Assembly: GCA_963668655.2 (NCBI GenBank)
Contig: CAXXPQ010000001.1
Coordinates: forward strand, 952,768 to 1,016,767
Reading direction: 5' to 3'
Length of the DNA stretch: 64,000 bases
From: Myxococcota bacterium
GTDB lineage: Bacteria; Myxococcota_A; SURF-8
Under the pieces are notes generated by a model. It ran no database searches. It saw only the letters and a program-made list of their open reading frames with translations, and had not been told where the DNA came from. The position numbers and the translations under genes are program-made. This document shows, one piece after another, positions 53,842 through 62,741 of this stretch (the stretch's first letter is position 1; each line of letters starts with the position of its first letter).

Positions 53842-54168
53842 TCATTCCGACAGGTAGGGGGAGCAGTGGTCATAGATGCAGTCGTACAGCGCTTCCCAGA
53901 CGTCCAGGTCGGCCTCGTGGGTTTCCAGGCAACCGGTGATGCAGGTTTCGTCCTCGTTGCAGTCCACCACGCATTCGCCCAGGGCGTTGCATTCTCCGTC
54001 GCAGGCGTTTTGTTCGGCGCTGCATTCGGTGGCGATGCAATCGTCCAGGTTGTCGTATTCCACGTCGTCCTCGTCCCCGCCGCAGGCCGGAAGGCTGAAG
54101 CAGGAAAACAGGAAGAAAAGCATCAGCAGGCTAAGCCCACCCGTTCGCAGCATCGGAGTGCGTTTCAT
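53842..54168 (-). CDS. Small secreted, acidic, Cys-rich (12 Cys) putative lipoprotein
   Basis: Internal start MKRTPML with GAGGAA upstream. Hydrophobic leader ending LPAC|GG. The mature part is D/E/C-rich. Confidence 0.6.
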   Translation of the reverse strand: MKRTPMLRTGGLSLLMLFFLFSCFSLPACGGDEDDVEYDNLDDCIATECSAEQNACDGECNALGECVVDCNEDETCITGCLETHEADLDVWEALYDCIYDHCSPYLSE

Positions 54169-54296
54169 GGGTTCCTCGCTTGGTTGTTTAAACACCGCCC
54201 TTCCCGCGGACGGCAGGTGATAAATAGCAGAATCCGAAACCTTCGTCAAGAGCGTCCGGGAAAAAAGTCGGCGAGGGAAATCGTCTACGATCCCCC

Positions 54297-56057
54297 TCAT
54301 TCCTCTTCCCATTTCGAGGGATCGCGGACGATGTCGCAGTCCACCCAGCGGGCGGAGGTCGGGTTCACGAAGGGCGACCAGCAGCCTTCGAAGATCTGTC
54401 CCATGTCTTCGATGCGCCACCAGCAGGATTGCACGTCATCCTCGGTGCGGCAGTTGCCCGGGTGGTATGCGCCCAGGTCGCCTTCCGGCACGTTTTCCGC
54501 CCACGGGTCGAAGTACGGCCAGGCGTCGTATTCGTCCACCGCTTTTTCGTAATAATGGTGGATGGCGCGTACCTCTTCAGAGAGAAGCGGATAGCCGAAA
54601 CTGTAGCTCTGGGTGTAATAGAGCGCCAGGTTGCGGTACCAGTCGTCCGGTTCGTACCGCATTTCGTCTTCCGTGGTGCTTTTTTCCATGTCCATGCGTT
54701 CTTCCAGGCCGTCCATCAGTTCGGCGGCCGCCGTGTCGTCCCGGTTGACCAGGGCGTTGGCCACGTGCGCCAGGTGGAAGTAGCGGCAGATGCGTTTGTT
54801 GTAGCGGTTGATGTTGAACGAGGCGATGTCGTAGGCGTTGGGTTCGCCCCGCCCGCAGTCCTCGATGGTGGCTTCGTGGTAGCCGATCAGCTCCGCCCCG
54901 CGCCGGGCGTTGCATTCGCCCTCCGGGATCCATTCGCGGTAATCGATGAAGCTGGCCAGGTCGCCCTGGAGGTCGTTCAGGTCTTCATCGTCGGTGTAGC
55001 CGGGGATCATGATGTCCCCGTTTTCGTCCTTCGTGCGGATGCGGAAATCGGAATCCACGATGTCCTTGGCGAAAGCTTCCAAAAGATCCAGCGTCTCGCC
55101 GCAGAAATCCTTCAGATCCTCGTTTTCCGAACGGCTGACGGCGTAGCGCAGGTTGGGAATCAGGCGGAAAATATGCGGCACGTCGTCTTTCGAACGCAGG
55201 TTGGTCACCCACATCTCGCCCCAGTACGGGTTTTCCTCGATCTTGTAGCGATAACAGTTCCAGCGGGAGTACGGCGAGAACCAGCCGCTGTAGTCCACGG
55301 CCTTGCGCTTGCCGTCGTGGGTGGTGAACTCGTGGTTCAGCGCCGGGACTACGTTGCGGGTCATGAGGTGAAGCAGGGTGTCGTTCTCGTCGTGCACCAT
55401 GCCGAGCATGGAGGCGCTGACGCCCTTGCAGAGCTGGACGGCGGCCAGGGTGGCGGTGTCGTCCTCCGTGATGAGGCTGGCGGCCAGGAGATTTCCCAGA
55501 AGGCGACTCGTGGGAATGTGGAGGTTGTGCCCGCCGTCGTTCAGGTTTTCCGGATGGTAGAAGGTCACCAGGTCGCCGTCCTTGCGGAAGTGCTCGTTGT
55601 ACCAGAACTGCCAATCGCGCATGCCCGTGGAGGCGTCCACGCCGTGGGTGGTGTAGAGCACGAAATCGAAATAGTGGATCCGCTTCAGAAAGACCATGAT
55701 TTTGCGGGTGAAGGCTTGAATCTCCGCGTCCGAGACGGGTTCGTCCGGGTCCTCGCGGCTGTAGGCGATGGCCAGGGCGTCGGGCAGGCCGTCCGGATTT
55801 TCTTCCGGTTCCATGTCGAAATCGCCGTCCGTGTCGCTGTCCGCTTCGGCTTCCCCGTCTCCGTCCGTATCGCCGTCGGCGGGCGGGTCGTCGTCGCCGT
55901 CCGCGCCGTCGCCGTCGGGAGAATCGTCGCCGTCGGTGAAAGCGTCGCCGTCCGAGTCGCCGTCCGATACGTCGTCATCGGAGGACGAACAGCCTGTCAG
56001 GGCGAGTGTGACGAGCAGCAACAAAAGAAGCAGGCGGAATCGTGCGTATTTTTCCAT
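54297..56057 (-). CDS. 586-aa lipoprotein with a poly-acidic DGD-repeat linker and an uncharacterised globular domain
   Basis: Lipobox LALTGC|SSS. About 70 aa of (D/S/T)DGD repeats ending DFDMEPEENPDG. Then a W/Y/H-rich domain of about 480 aa with no motif I recognise. Confidence 0.7.
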   Translation of the reverse strand: MEKYARFRLLLLLLLVTLALTGCSSSDDDVSDGDSDGDAFTDGDDSPDGDGADGDDDPPADGDTDGDGEAEADSDTDGDFDMEPEENPDGLPDALAIAYSREDPDEPVSDAEIQAFTRKIMVFLKRIHYFDFVLYTTHGVDASTGMRDWQFWYNEHFRKDGDLVTFYHPENLNDGGHNLHIPTSRLLGNLLAASLITEDDTATLAAVQLCKGVSASMLGMVHDENDTLLHLMTRNVVPALNHEFTTHDGKRKAVDYSGWFSPYSRWNCYRYKIEENPYWGEMWVTNLRSKDDVPHIFRLIPNLRYAVSRSENEDLKDFCGETLDLLEAFAKDIVDSDFRIRTKDENGDIMIPGYTDDEDLNDLQGDLASFIDYREWIPEGECNARRGAELIGYHEATIEDCGRGEPNAYDIASFNINRYNKRICRYFHLAHVANALVNRDDTAAAELMDGLEERMDMEKSTTEDEMRYEPDDWYRNLALYYTQSYSFGYPLLSEEVRAIHHYYEKAVDEYDAWPYFDPWAENVPEGDLGAYHPGNCRTEDDVQSCWWRIEDMGQIFEGCWSPFVNPTSARWVDCDIVRDPSKWEEE

Positions 56058-56176
56058 GGGATTTCCTTTGTGATTTTACGAATTCAGACATCGCCGATCC
56101 GGCGCGGGTTCAAGTATCGCAGGCGGACGCGAAAAGGTCAAGCTCGTGTACGTCCGAATAGGGCGGCGACGCAGAC

Positions 56177-57166
56177 CTATTTCGGAATGTGTCCGTATTC
56201 CCGCAGGCTCTGCACGGTCTTGGCGATGGCCGTGTCCACGTCGGTCTGGGGCATGCCCAGTTCCTCCACGGCCTTTCGGGGCGAGTAATACGTGCCGCAG
56301 AGCGCCAGCCGCGCCATGGTGTAGTTCAGCGCTACGGGTTTTTTCGTGAATTTCGCGGCGAGGCTCCCGGCGGCCCCGGCGGCGAGAACGACGGCCTTGG
56401 GCAGGATTTTTTTCGGAGGCTCCAGGCCCACCAGGCGCGCCACGCGCCCGAAGAAATCCAGGTACGTCAGGTTGGCTCCGGCGGCCAGGTAGCTTTCTCC
56501 CGGGCGGCCCTTGGTCGTGGCGGCGATCATGGCGTCGGCCACGTCGGGCGCATAGGCGAAATTACGCCCGCCCGGGGTGGCGGCTTTCATGCGCCGCACC
56601 ACGAACTGCCGCACCAGCTCGCCCGAACTGGGCCGCCAGTCCAGGTCGCCCAGCATGAACGTGGGCGCGATCACCACGGCGTCCAGATGACCGTCCTTCA
56701 CGGCCTGCTTGACCAGTCCCATGGCGGCGAACTTCGATTCCATGTAGGCCACGTTCTTGTACACGGCGGGGAAGGGGTTTTCCTCCGTGCCGGGCGACTC
56801 CAGGCTGCCGAACTGGTAAGAGCTGGCGGAACCTACGAAAATCATTCGGGAAACGTCGTTCTTGACGCAGGCGTCGATCACGCTCTTCGTGGCGTCGTAA
56901 TTCACTTTCCAGGTGATGTCCCGGGGAGCCCACATGTTGGTGATGGCCGCGACGTGAAACACGTAGTCGCATTTTTTCGCGGCGTTTTCCAGTCCGTCGC
57001 CTTCGTCCAGCAAATCGCCTTGGATTTTCTCGATGGAAAGCCCGTCCAGGGTGGGCGAGTCGCTTCCCGGTTGGATCAGGACGCGGGTTTCGATGTCTTG
57101 GGCCAGCAATTTCCGGATCAGATGACTTCCCAAAAGGCCATCGCCGCCGATCACCAATGCGCGCAT
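56177..57166 (-). CDS. NAD-dependent epimerase/dehydratase (extended SDR) family protein
   Basis: MRALVIGGDGLLGSHL has the GxxGxxG motif, and YMESK gives the YxxxK catalytic motif. Internal start with GGGAGA upstream. Confidence 0.8.
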   Translation of the reverse strand: MRALVIGGDGLLGSHLIRKLLAQDIETRVLIQPGSDSPTLDGLSIEKIQGDLLDEGDGLENAAKKCDYVFHVAAITNMWAPRDITWKVNYDATKSVIDACVKNDVSRMIFVGSASSYQFGSLESPGTEENPFPAVYKNVAYMESKFAAMGLVKQAVKDGHLDAVVIAPTFMLGDLDWRPSSGELVRQFVVRRMKAATPGGRNFAYAPDVADAMIAATTKGRPGESYLAAGANLTYLDFFGRVARLVGLEPPKKILPKAVVLAAGAAGSLAAKFTKKPVALNYTMARLALCGTYYSPRKAVEELGMPQTDVDTAIAKTVQSLREYGHIPK

Positions 57167-57368
57167 GACGGATTCTCCCGTATATTCGGTGAGTTGGATG
57201 TTCGCCGCTGTCCGGAAAGTCTCGGTTCGGAGCGACAGCGTCGCGAGAAATTCCGGATTCGATAAAACCATACTCCAAACCTGCCGGAACGGCAAGAAAT
57301 GCGAAGACGCTTTCCGGAGGGGCGCATCGGATCGGTCCCGAAAAGCGTTTACAACCGCGTAAGATTTT

Positions 57369-57391
57369 GGCTGGTGGTACTACCACCAGCC
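57369..57391. promoter_or_regulatory. Perfect 11+1+11 palindrome in a divergent intergenic region (candidate operator)
   Basis: GGCTGGTGGTA-C-TACCACCAGCC lies between the SDR gene (-) and the ABC-F gene (+). It is flanked by two GTTTACAAC copies, the second within the dyad TTTACAA-CT-TTGTAAA (57397-57412). Confidence 0.4.
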
Positions 57392-57803
57392 GGCTGTTTA
57401 CAACTTTGTAAATCATTTGGGGCCCCGATCTCGGACCGATCCCGGGGGGCCGGGGGTCGGTGGGAAGACGCGAATGTTCCGGGCGGCGGCCTTTATTCGG
57501 TAAAACTTGTCAACTCTCTTCGATCATGATAGTTTCCGCCCAGCTTATCGGCGTCCTCTTCGATCCGCGGCTTGGCGTCGATGGACAAAACGCGGCGGAA
57601 TCGGCGGAACGAGAAGAAGGAAATTGAATCGCCGATATCGGAAGGATACGGTCGAAGTCGTGTTTCGGCCGGATGATTGAATTTTCCCCAAGACCGATTC
57701 TCGTTTTTCTTCCGCCGCCGGAGACGGGCAAGGTTTGAGGGAACTCCTTCAGGTCTTTTTTCAAGTTCGGAAACTCTTTTCAGGAAACGGCTTCAACCGC
57801 GCC

Positions 57804-59771
57804 ATGATTCATCTCGTCGATCTCGTCATCGCCTATGCCAGCCAGACCGTGCTGGACCACATCGGCTGGCACATCGGTCCCAACGATCGCATCGGTCTGG
57901 TGGGCAACAACGGTTCCGGCAAGTCCACGCTGATGAAGGCCATCGCGGGCATTCACGAGCCGGACGAAGGTCAGGTGGTGGCGGCCAAGTCCGTCACCTT
58001 CGGCTATCTGCCCCAGGACGGCGTAGTGCACGAAGGCCGCTCGCTGCTGGACGAAACGGCCTCCGTGTTCGGACGTGAGCGGGAATTGCAGCGGGAGGAA
58101 AAGCGGCTTCGGGAGGAACTGGACCGGGAGGACGACAGCACGGCCGAATATCGGCAAAAGGCCCGCCGCTTCGGCGAGATTCACGACGAACTGGTGCAGC
58201 TTTCCGCCTACGAAATGGAAAGCCGGATCGAAAAGGTGTTGATCGGTCTGGGATTTCGCCACGAGGATCTTCCCCGCGACTGCTCCGAGTTCTCCGGCGG
58301 CTGGCAGATGCGCATCGCCCTTGCGAAGGTGCTGCTCCAGGAACCCAACATGCTGCTTCTGGACGAGCCCACCAATTATCTGGACCTGGAGGCCCGGGTC
58401 TTTCTGGAGAAATGGCTGAAGGACTACCCGAACGCCGTGCTGCTGGTCAGCCACGATCGCCATTTCCTGGACCAGGTGGTGGGCCGCATCTCCGAAATCC
58501 ACGACGGCAAAATCACGGATTATCACTGCAATTACACGCGTTATCTGGTGGAACGGGAAGAGCGGCTGGAGCGGTTGCGGGCCCAGGCTGAGCGGGTGGC
58601 GGCGGAGCGGGTGCGCATCGAGGCGTTCATCAATCGTTTCCGTTACAAGGCGGACAAGGCCGCCATGGTCCAGTCTCGCGTCAAGATGCTGGAAAAACTG
58701 GATAAGGTCGAGATTCCGTCCGTCCGCAAGAAGATCAACTTCCGCTTTCCGCAACCCCGGCGCAGCGGGAAAATCGCCCTGGAGGGCATCGGGCTTTCCG
58801 CCCGCTACGGCGACGGGCCGGAAATCTTTTCCGGAGTGGATTTCAAGCTCATGCGCGGCGAGAAGGTGGCCCTGGTGGGCGTCAACGGCGCGGGAAAAAC
58901 CACGTTGATCCGCCTGCTTGCCGGGGTGAAGGATGTCGCCTCCGGGGAACTCGTGCGCGGCTACAACATCGACATGGACTATTTCGCCCAGGAGGTCCAC
59001 AAGCAGTTGGACCCGGAAGCTTCCGTTTACGAAACCCTGTCGCGCTCCGCTCCCTACGATCTGGTTCCCAAACTCCGCAATCTGCTGGGCGCTTTTCTCT
59101 TTTCCGGCGAGGACATCGACAAGAAAGTGGCCGTTCTGTCCGGCGGCGAGCGCAATCGCCTGGCCCTGGCGCGCATGCTTTTGGTTCCCAGCAATCTGCT
59201 GCTCATGGACGAGCCCACCAATCACCTGGATCTGGACGCCAAGGATGTTCTTTTAAACGCCCTGAAGCGTTTCGAGGGCACCATTCTTTTCGTTTCCCAC
59301 GATCGGTATTTTCTGGATAACCTGGCCACCAAGGTCTACGCTATGGAGGATGGTCGTCTGACCGTCTATCCGGGAACCTATTCCGAATTTCTGGACCATC
59401 TGGAAAACCGCAAAACCCTCGATATCGCGGAGCATTCCAAGCTTGCCGAGAATGTCGCGGCGGCTTTGGAAAAGGATCTGTCCAAGGAAGAGAGGGTCAG
59501 AAAGTGGAAAGAGGACAAACAGCGCCAACGTGAGCGTCAGCGGCTGGAGCGTCGTGTGGCGGAACTGGAGGAAGGCATCGCCGCGAAGGAGCGCGGGGCG
59601 CACAACCTGCTCAAGCAGATGGCGGAACCCCAATACGCAACGAATTTCACGGAGTTGGAAAAGCTTTCCGAGTTGAAGGAAGCCATCGAGAAGGAACTGG
59701 GCACGCTCACCGCCGAATGGGAAGACCTTTCCCTGCAACTGGAGGAGCTTCAGGAGGATTCGGAGTCGTGA
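57804..59771 (+). CDS. ABC-F family ATPase (two ABC domains, no TM, C-terminal coiled coil)
   Basis: Two Walker A motifs (GNNGSGKST, GVNGAGKTT), two signature motifs (FSGGWQMR, LSGGERNR), and a charged C-terminal extension. Confidence 0.9.
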   Translation: MIHLVDLVIAYASQTVLDHIGWHIGPNDRIGLVGNNGSGKSTLMKAIAGIHEPDEGQVVAAKSVTFGYLPQDGVVHEGRSLLDETASVFGRERELQREEKRLREELDREDDSTAEYRQKARRFGEIHDELVQLSAYEMESRIEKVLIGLGFRHEDLPRDCSEFSGGWQMRIALAKVLLQEPNMLLLDEPTNYLDLEARVFLEKWLKDYPNAVLLVSHDRHFLDQVVGRISEIHDGKITDYHCNYTRYLVEREERLERLRAQAERVAAERVRIEAFINRFRYKADKAAMVQSRVKMLEKLDKVEIPSVRKKINFRFPQPRRSGKIALEGIGLSARYGDGPEIFSGVDFKLMRGEKVALVGVNGAGKTTLIRLLAGVKDVASGELVRGYNIDMDYFAQEVHKQLDPEASVYETLSRSAPYDLVPKLRNLLGAFLFSGEDIDKKVAVLSGGERNRLALARMLLVPSNLLLMDEPTNHLDLDAKDVLLNALKRFEGTILFVSHDRYFLDNLATKVYAMEDGRLTVYPGTYSEFLDHLENRKTLDIAEHSKLAENVAAALEKDLSKEERVRKWKEDKQRQRERQRLERRVAELEEGIAAKERGAHNLLKQMAEPQYATNFTELEKLSELKEAIEKELGTLTAEWEDLSLQLEELQEDSES

Positions 59772-59873
59772 TTTTATCCGGAACGGGCGGGATGGAATTC
59801 ATGGACAAATGTTATTCCGGGATGTTATTATGGAAAAAGTCTGCTTGAATCAACGGCTTGGAGAGGCGTTTTC

Positions 59874-60494
59874 ATGAAAGTCGAACTGTTCACCGTGGGG
59901 CCGTTTCAGGAAAACACGTATGTTCTCTGGGACGAGGAAACGAAAAAGACCTTTATCATCGATCCCGGCGGGGAAAACCGACGGGTGCTTTCCTACCTGG
60001 AGCGCAACGGGCTTTCCGTGGAGGCGATCATCAATACTCACGGGCACGTGGACCACATCGCCGGGGTGCGGGAGTTGCAGGAAACATTGAACGTCCCGTT
60101 CATGATTCACCCGGACGACGAAATCGTGGTGAAGCACGCCTCGGAGTCCGCCGCCTTTTTCGGCATGTCCTTCGAGGGGATTCCCCAAATCGACGATTAC
60201 CTGGAAGACGGACAGATTCTTACCCTGGGAAAGAATGAAATCAAGGTGTTGCACACGCCCGGGCATTCTCCCGGCGGCGTCTGTTTCCTCACCGGAGAGG
60301 ACGTTTTCGTGGGCGACACCCTGTTCGCCATGTCCGTCGGCCGCTCGGATCTTCCCGGGGGCTCCCATCGCACGCTGATCGACTCCATTCGGACCCGGCT
60401 TCTGGTGCTGGACGATCATTTTCGCGCCCATCCCGGCCACGGTCCCGGCACGACCATCGGCCAGGAGCGGCGCATGAATCCCTTTCTCTCCTGA
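59874..60494 (+). CDS. MBL-fold metallo-hydrolase (glyoxalase II-like)
   Basis: NTHGHVDHIAG gives the HxHxDH motif, and HTPGHSPG is present, 206 aa. Confidence 0.88.
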   Translation: MKVELFTVGPFQENTYVLWDEETKKTFIIDPGGENRRVLSYLERNGLSVEAIINTHGHVDHIAGVRELQETLNVPFMIHPDDEIVVKHASESAAFFGMSFEGIPQIDDYLEDGQILTLGKNEIKVLHTPGHSPGGVCFLTGEDVFVGDTLFAMSVGRSDLPGGSHRTLIDSIRTRLLVLDDHFRAHPGHGPGTTIGQERRMNPFLS

Positions 60495-60512
60495 GCGGGA
60501 CGAGGTTTCTCC

Positions 60513-61190
60513 ATGTCCTCCACGCCTCCCTATCTGCCGGTTCTGACGTTGCCGAACACGGTGCTGTATCCGGGGGCGGACATGCCGCTCAGGATCTACG
60601 AGCCCAACCAGCGCATCATGATTATGGATGTCCTGAACACGGACAAGCTCCTGGTCATCACGGTGATGAAAAACACCTGGCTGGAGAACGACTTTGAAAA
60701 TCCGGAGCTTTACACCGTCGGCACCCTGGCCACCGTCAATACCAGCCGCCAGCTCGTGGACGGAAGCTACAACATTTTCGTTCACGGAAACCGACGGGTA
60801 ACCCTGGGAGAGACGCTTCCCCGGCGTCCCTATCTTTTGAAACAGATTGCGCCGCTGGACGAGAAGCCGGAAACGGATCCGCCCGCGGAGATCTTCGAGC
60901 CGGTTCGGGAACGGATCGTACGTTTCTTCAGTCAGGCGGCCTGGCAGGGCGTGATCGGGCCCTTTCCCATGGGGGCGATGGATCGCATGGCCAAGACCCG
61001 CCCGGCCAACTTCATCGCGCTGACGTCCGCCCTTCTGGGACTGACCACGGACCAGCAGCAGATGATTCTGGAACTGGGCTCCACCATGGAGCGCATGCAC
61101 GGGTTGGAGGACGCCCTGCACGCCCGGCTGCTCATCAACGCCAGCCTGGGCGACCGGCCCGCGTATTCGGACGGCGATCAGTCCCATTGA
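60513..61190 (+). CDS. LON substrate-binding (Lon N-terminal) domain protein
   Basis: LPVLTLPNTVLYPGADMPLRIYEPNQRIMI is the typical start of stand-alone Lon-N/PUA-like domain proteins. Confidence 0.75.
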   Translation: MSSTPPYLPVLTLPNTVLYPGADMPLRIYEPNQRIMIMDVLNTDKLLVITVMKNTWLENDFENPELYTVGTLATVNTSRQLVDGSYNIFVHGNRRVTLGETLPRRPYLLKQIAPLDEKPETDPPAEIFEPVRERIVRFFSQAAWQGVIGPFPMGAMDRMAKTRPANFIALTSALLGLTTDQQQMILELGSTMERMHGLEDALHARLLINASLGDRPAYSDGDQSH

Positions 61191-61211
61191 TGGCGAGAAC
61201 GAGGAAAACCC

Positions 61212-61742
61212 ATGGCCGTACTTGAAATTCTGGAATATCCCGACAAGCGGTTGAAGACCGCCTGCCAGCCCCTGGAACGCATCGACGACGACATCCGCCG
61301 CCTGGCCGCCGACATGGCCGAAACCATGTATGTCGCGCCCGGAATCGGATTGGCCGCTACTCAGGTGGGAGCGCCCGTGCGAATGCTGACCTGCGACGTG
61401 ACCGCGCCGGAAGAGGAAAACCGGCTGTACACCGTCATCAATCCGCGCATCGTGGAAGCCGACGGAAAAATCGTGTACGAGGAAGGCTGCCTCTCCGTCC
61501 CGGGCGTCTTCGAGGAAGTGGAACGGGCCGCCCGGATCACCCTGGAATACATGGATCTGGAGGGCCGGGACCAGGTTCTGGAGGCGGAAGGGCTTCTGGC
61601 CATCTGTCTCCAGCACGAAATCGACCACCTGGACGGCAAGCTGTTCATCGACCGGCTTTCTTCGCTGAAACGCAAACTGGCGGTGCGCAAGCTGGAGCGC
61701 TTCAAGGAAGAGCGCGAGAGAAGATCGGAAGATGAAGGTTGA
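61212..61742 (+). CDS. def: Peptide deformylase
   Basis: GIGLAATQVG, EGCLSVPG and QHEIDHLDG motifs. Confidence 0.93.
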   Translation: MAVLEILEYPDKRLKTACQPLERIDDDIRRLAADMAETMYVAPGIGLAATQVGAPVRMLTCDVTAPEEENRLYTVINPRIVEADGKIVYEEGCLSVPGVFEEVERAARITLEYMDLEGRDQVLEAEGLLAICLQHEIDHLDGKLFIDRLSSLKRKLAVRKLERFKEERERRSEDEG

Positions 61743-62682
61743 GCGCCTGATCTATTTCGGCACGCCGGAGATTTCCGTTCCGGCCCTGGACGCCCTGCTG
61801 AACGCCGGCTACGACGTGGCCGCCGTGGTCACCCAACCCGACAGCACCAAGGGGAGAAACCGCCGCAAGCGGCTTCCCTCCCCCGTGAAGGTCCGGGCTC
61901 TGGAGCATGACCTGCCCGTCCTGCAACCCGAATCCGCCAAGGACGAAGCCTTCCGAAAGGAACTGGAGGCGTTGCGGGCGGACGCGTTCTGCGTATTTGC
62001 CTACGGCCGGATCCTCCCCCGGGCCGTGCTGGATCTTCCCCTCGGAGGCTGTTACAACGCCCACGCTTCCCTGCTTCCGAAACTTCGTGGATCCGCTCCC
62101 ATGAACTGGAGCATTCTGAACGGAGACGACGTAACGGGAATGAGCGTACAGCGCATGGTTCTGCGCATGGACGCCGGGCCGGTCTGCTGGAGCGAGGAAA
62201 CGCCCCTGGATCCCCGGGAAACGGTGGCCTCGCTGACCGAGAAAATGAAACCGCTGGCGGGAAAAGGGCTGATCGCGACCCTGCGCGCCCTGGCGGACGA
62301 TCGGTTGTGTCCCGTGGCCCAGGACGAGGAACGGGCCACTTTCGCTCCCATGTTGCAAAAGGAAGACGGCGAAATCGACTGGACGTGCTCGGCCGAGGAG
62401 ATCGACCGCCGGGTGCGCGGCCTGTTTCCCTGGCCGAGCGCCCGCACGGCGCTGCGCGGCGAACGTGTCACGCTGCATGTCGCCGACCCGCTACCGGAGA
62501 ATACGAACGCCGTTCCGGGAGAAGTCGTCCGGGTCGGAAAGGACGGCATCCGGGTGGCCTGCGGGCGGGGCTCGCTGCTCATCCGCGAGTTGCAGTGCGA
62601 GGGTAGAAAAAGGCTTTGCGCGGAGGCGTTTCTCTGTGGAAAGAAACTGGCTTCCGGTGAACGTTTCGGGAAAGACGTCTGA
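61732..62682 (+). CDS. fmt: Methionyl-tRNA formyltransferase
   Basis: FGTPEISVPALDALL, NAHASLLPKLRGSAP, and the C-terminal Formyl_trans_C domain. Overlaps def by 11 nt. Confidence 0.92.
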   Translation: MKVERLIYFGTPEISVPALDALLNAGYDVAAVVTQPDSTKGRNRRKRLPSPVKVRALEHDLPVLQPESAKDEAFRKELEALRADAFCVFAYGRILPRAVLDLPLGGCYNAHASLLPKLRGSAPMNWSILNGDDVTGMSVQRMVLRMDAGPVCWSEETPLDPRETVASLTEKMKPLAGKGLIATLRALADDRLCPVAQDEERATFAPMLQKEDGEIDWTCSAEEIDRRVRGLFPWPSARTALRGERVTLHVADPLPENTNAVPGEVVRVGKDGIRVACGRGSLLIRELQCEGRKRLCAEAFLCGKKLASGERFGKDV

Positions 62683-62741
62683 CTCCCGCCGGATCGCGAC
62701 AAGCCGGAAAATCAAATCCTAATCGAACGGGAAAAACCTCC

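Noticed and set aside
57560-57803. A leader peptide or attenuator controlling the ABC-F gene, for example the 6-codon GTG ORF near 57660.
   Set aside because: The candidate mini-ORF is tiny, has a weak RBS, and I could not identify mutually exclusive terminator and anti-terminator hairpins by eye. It is recorded only as context in the palindrome finding.
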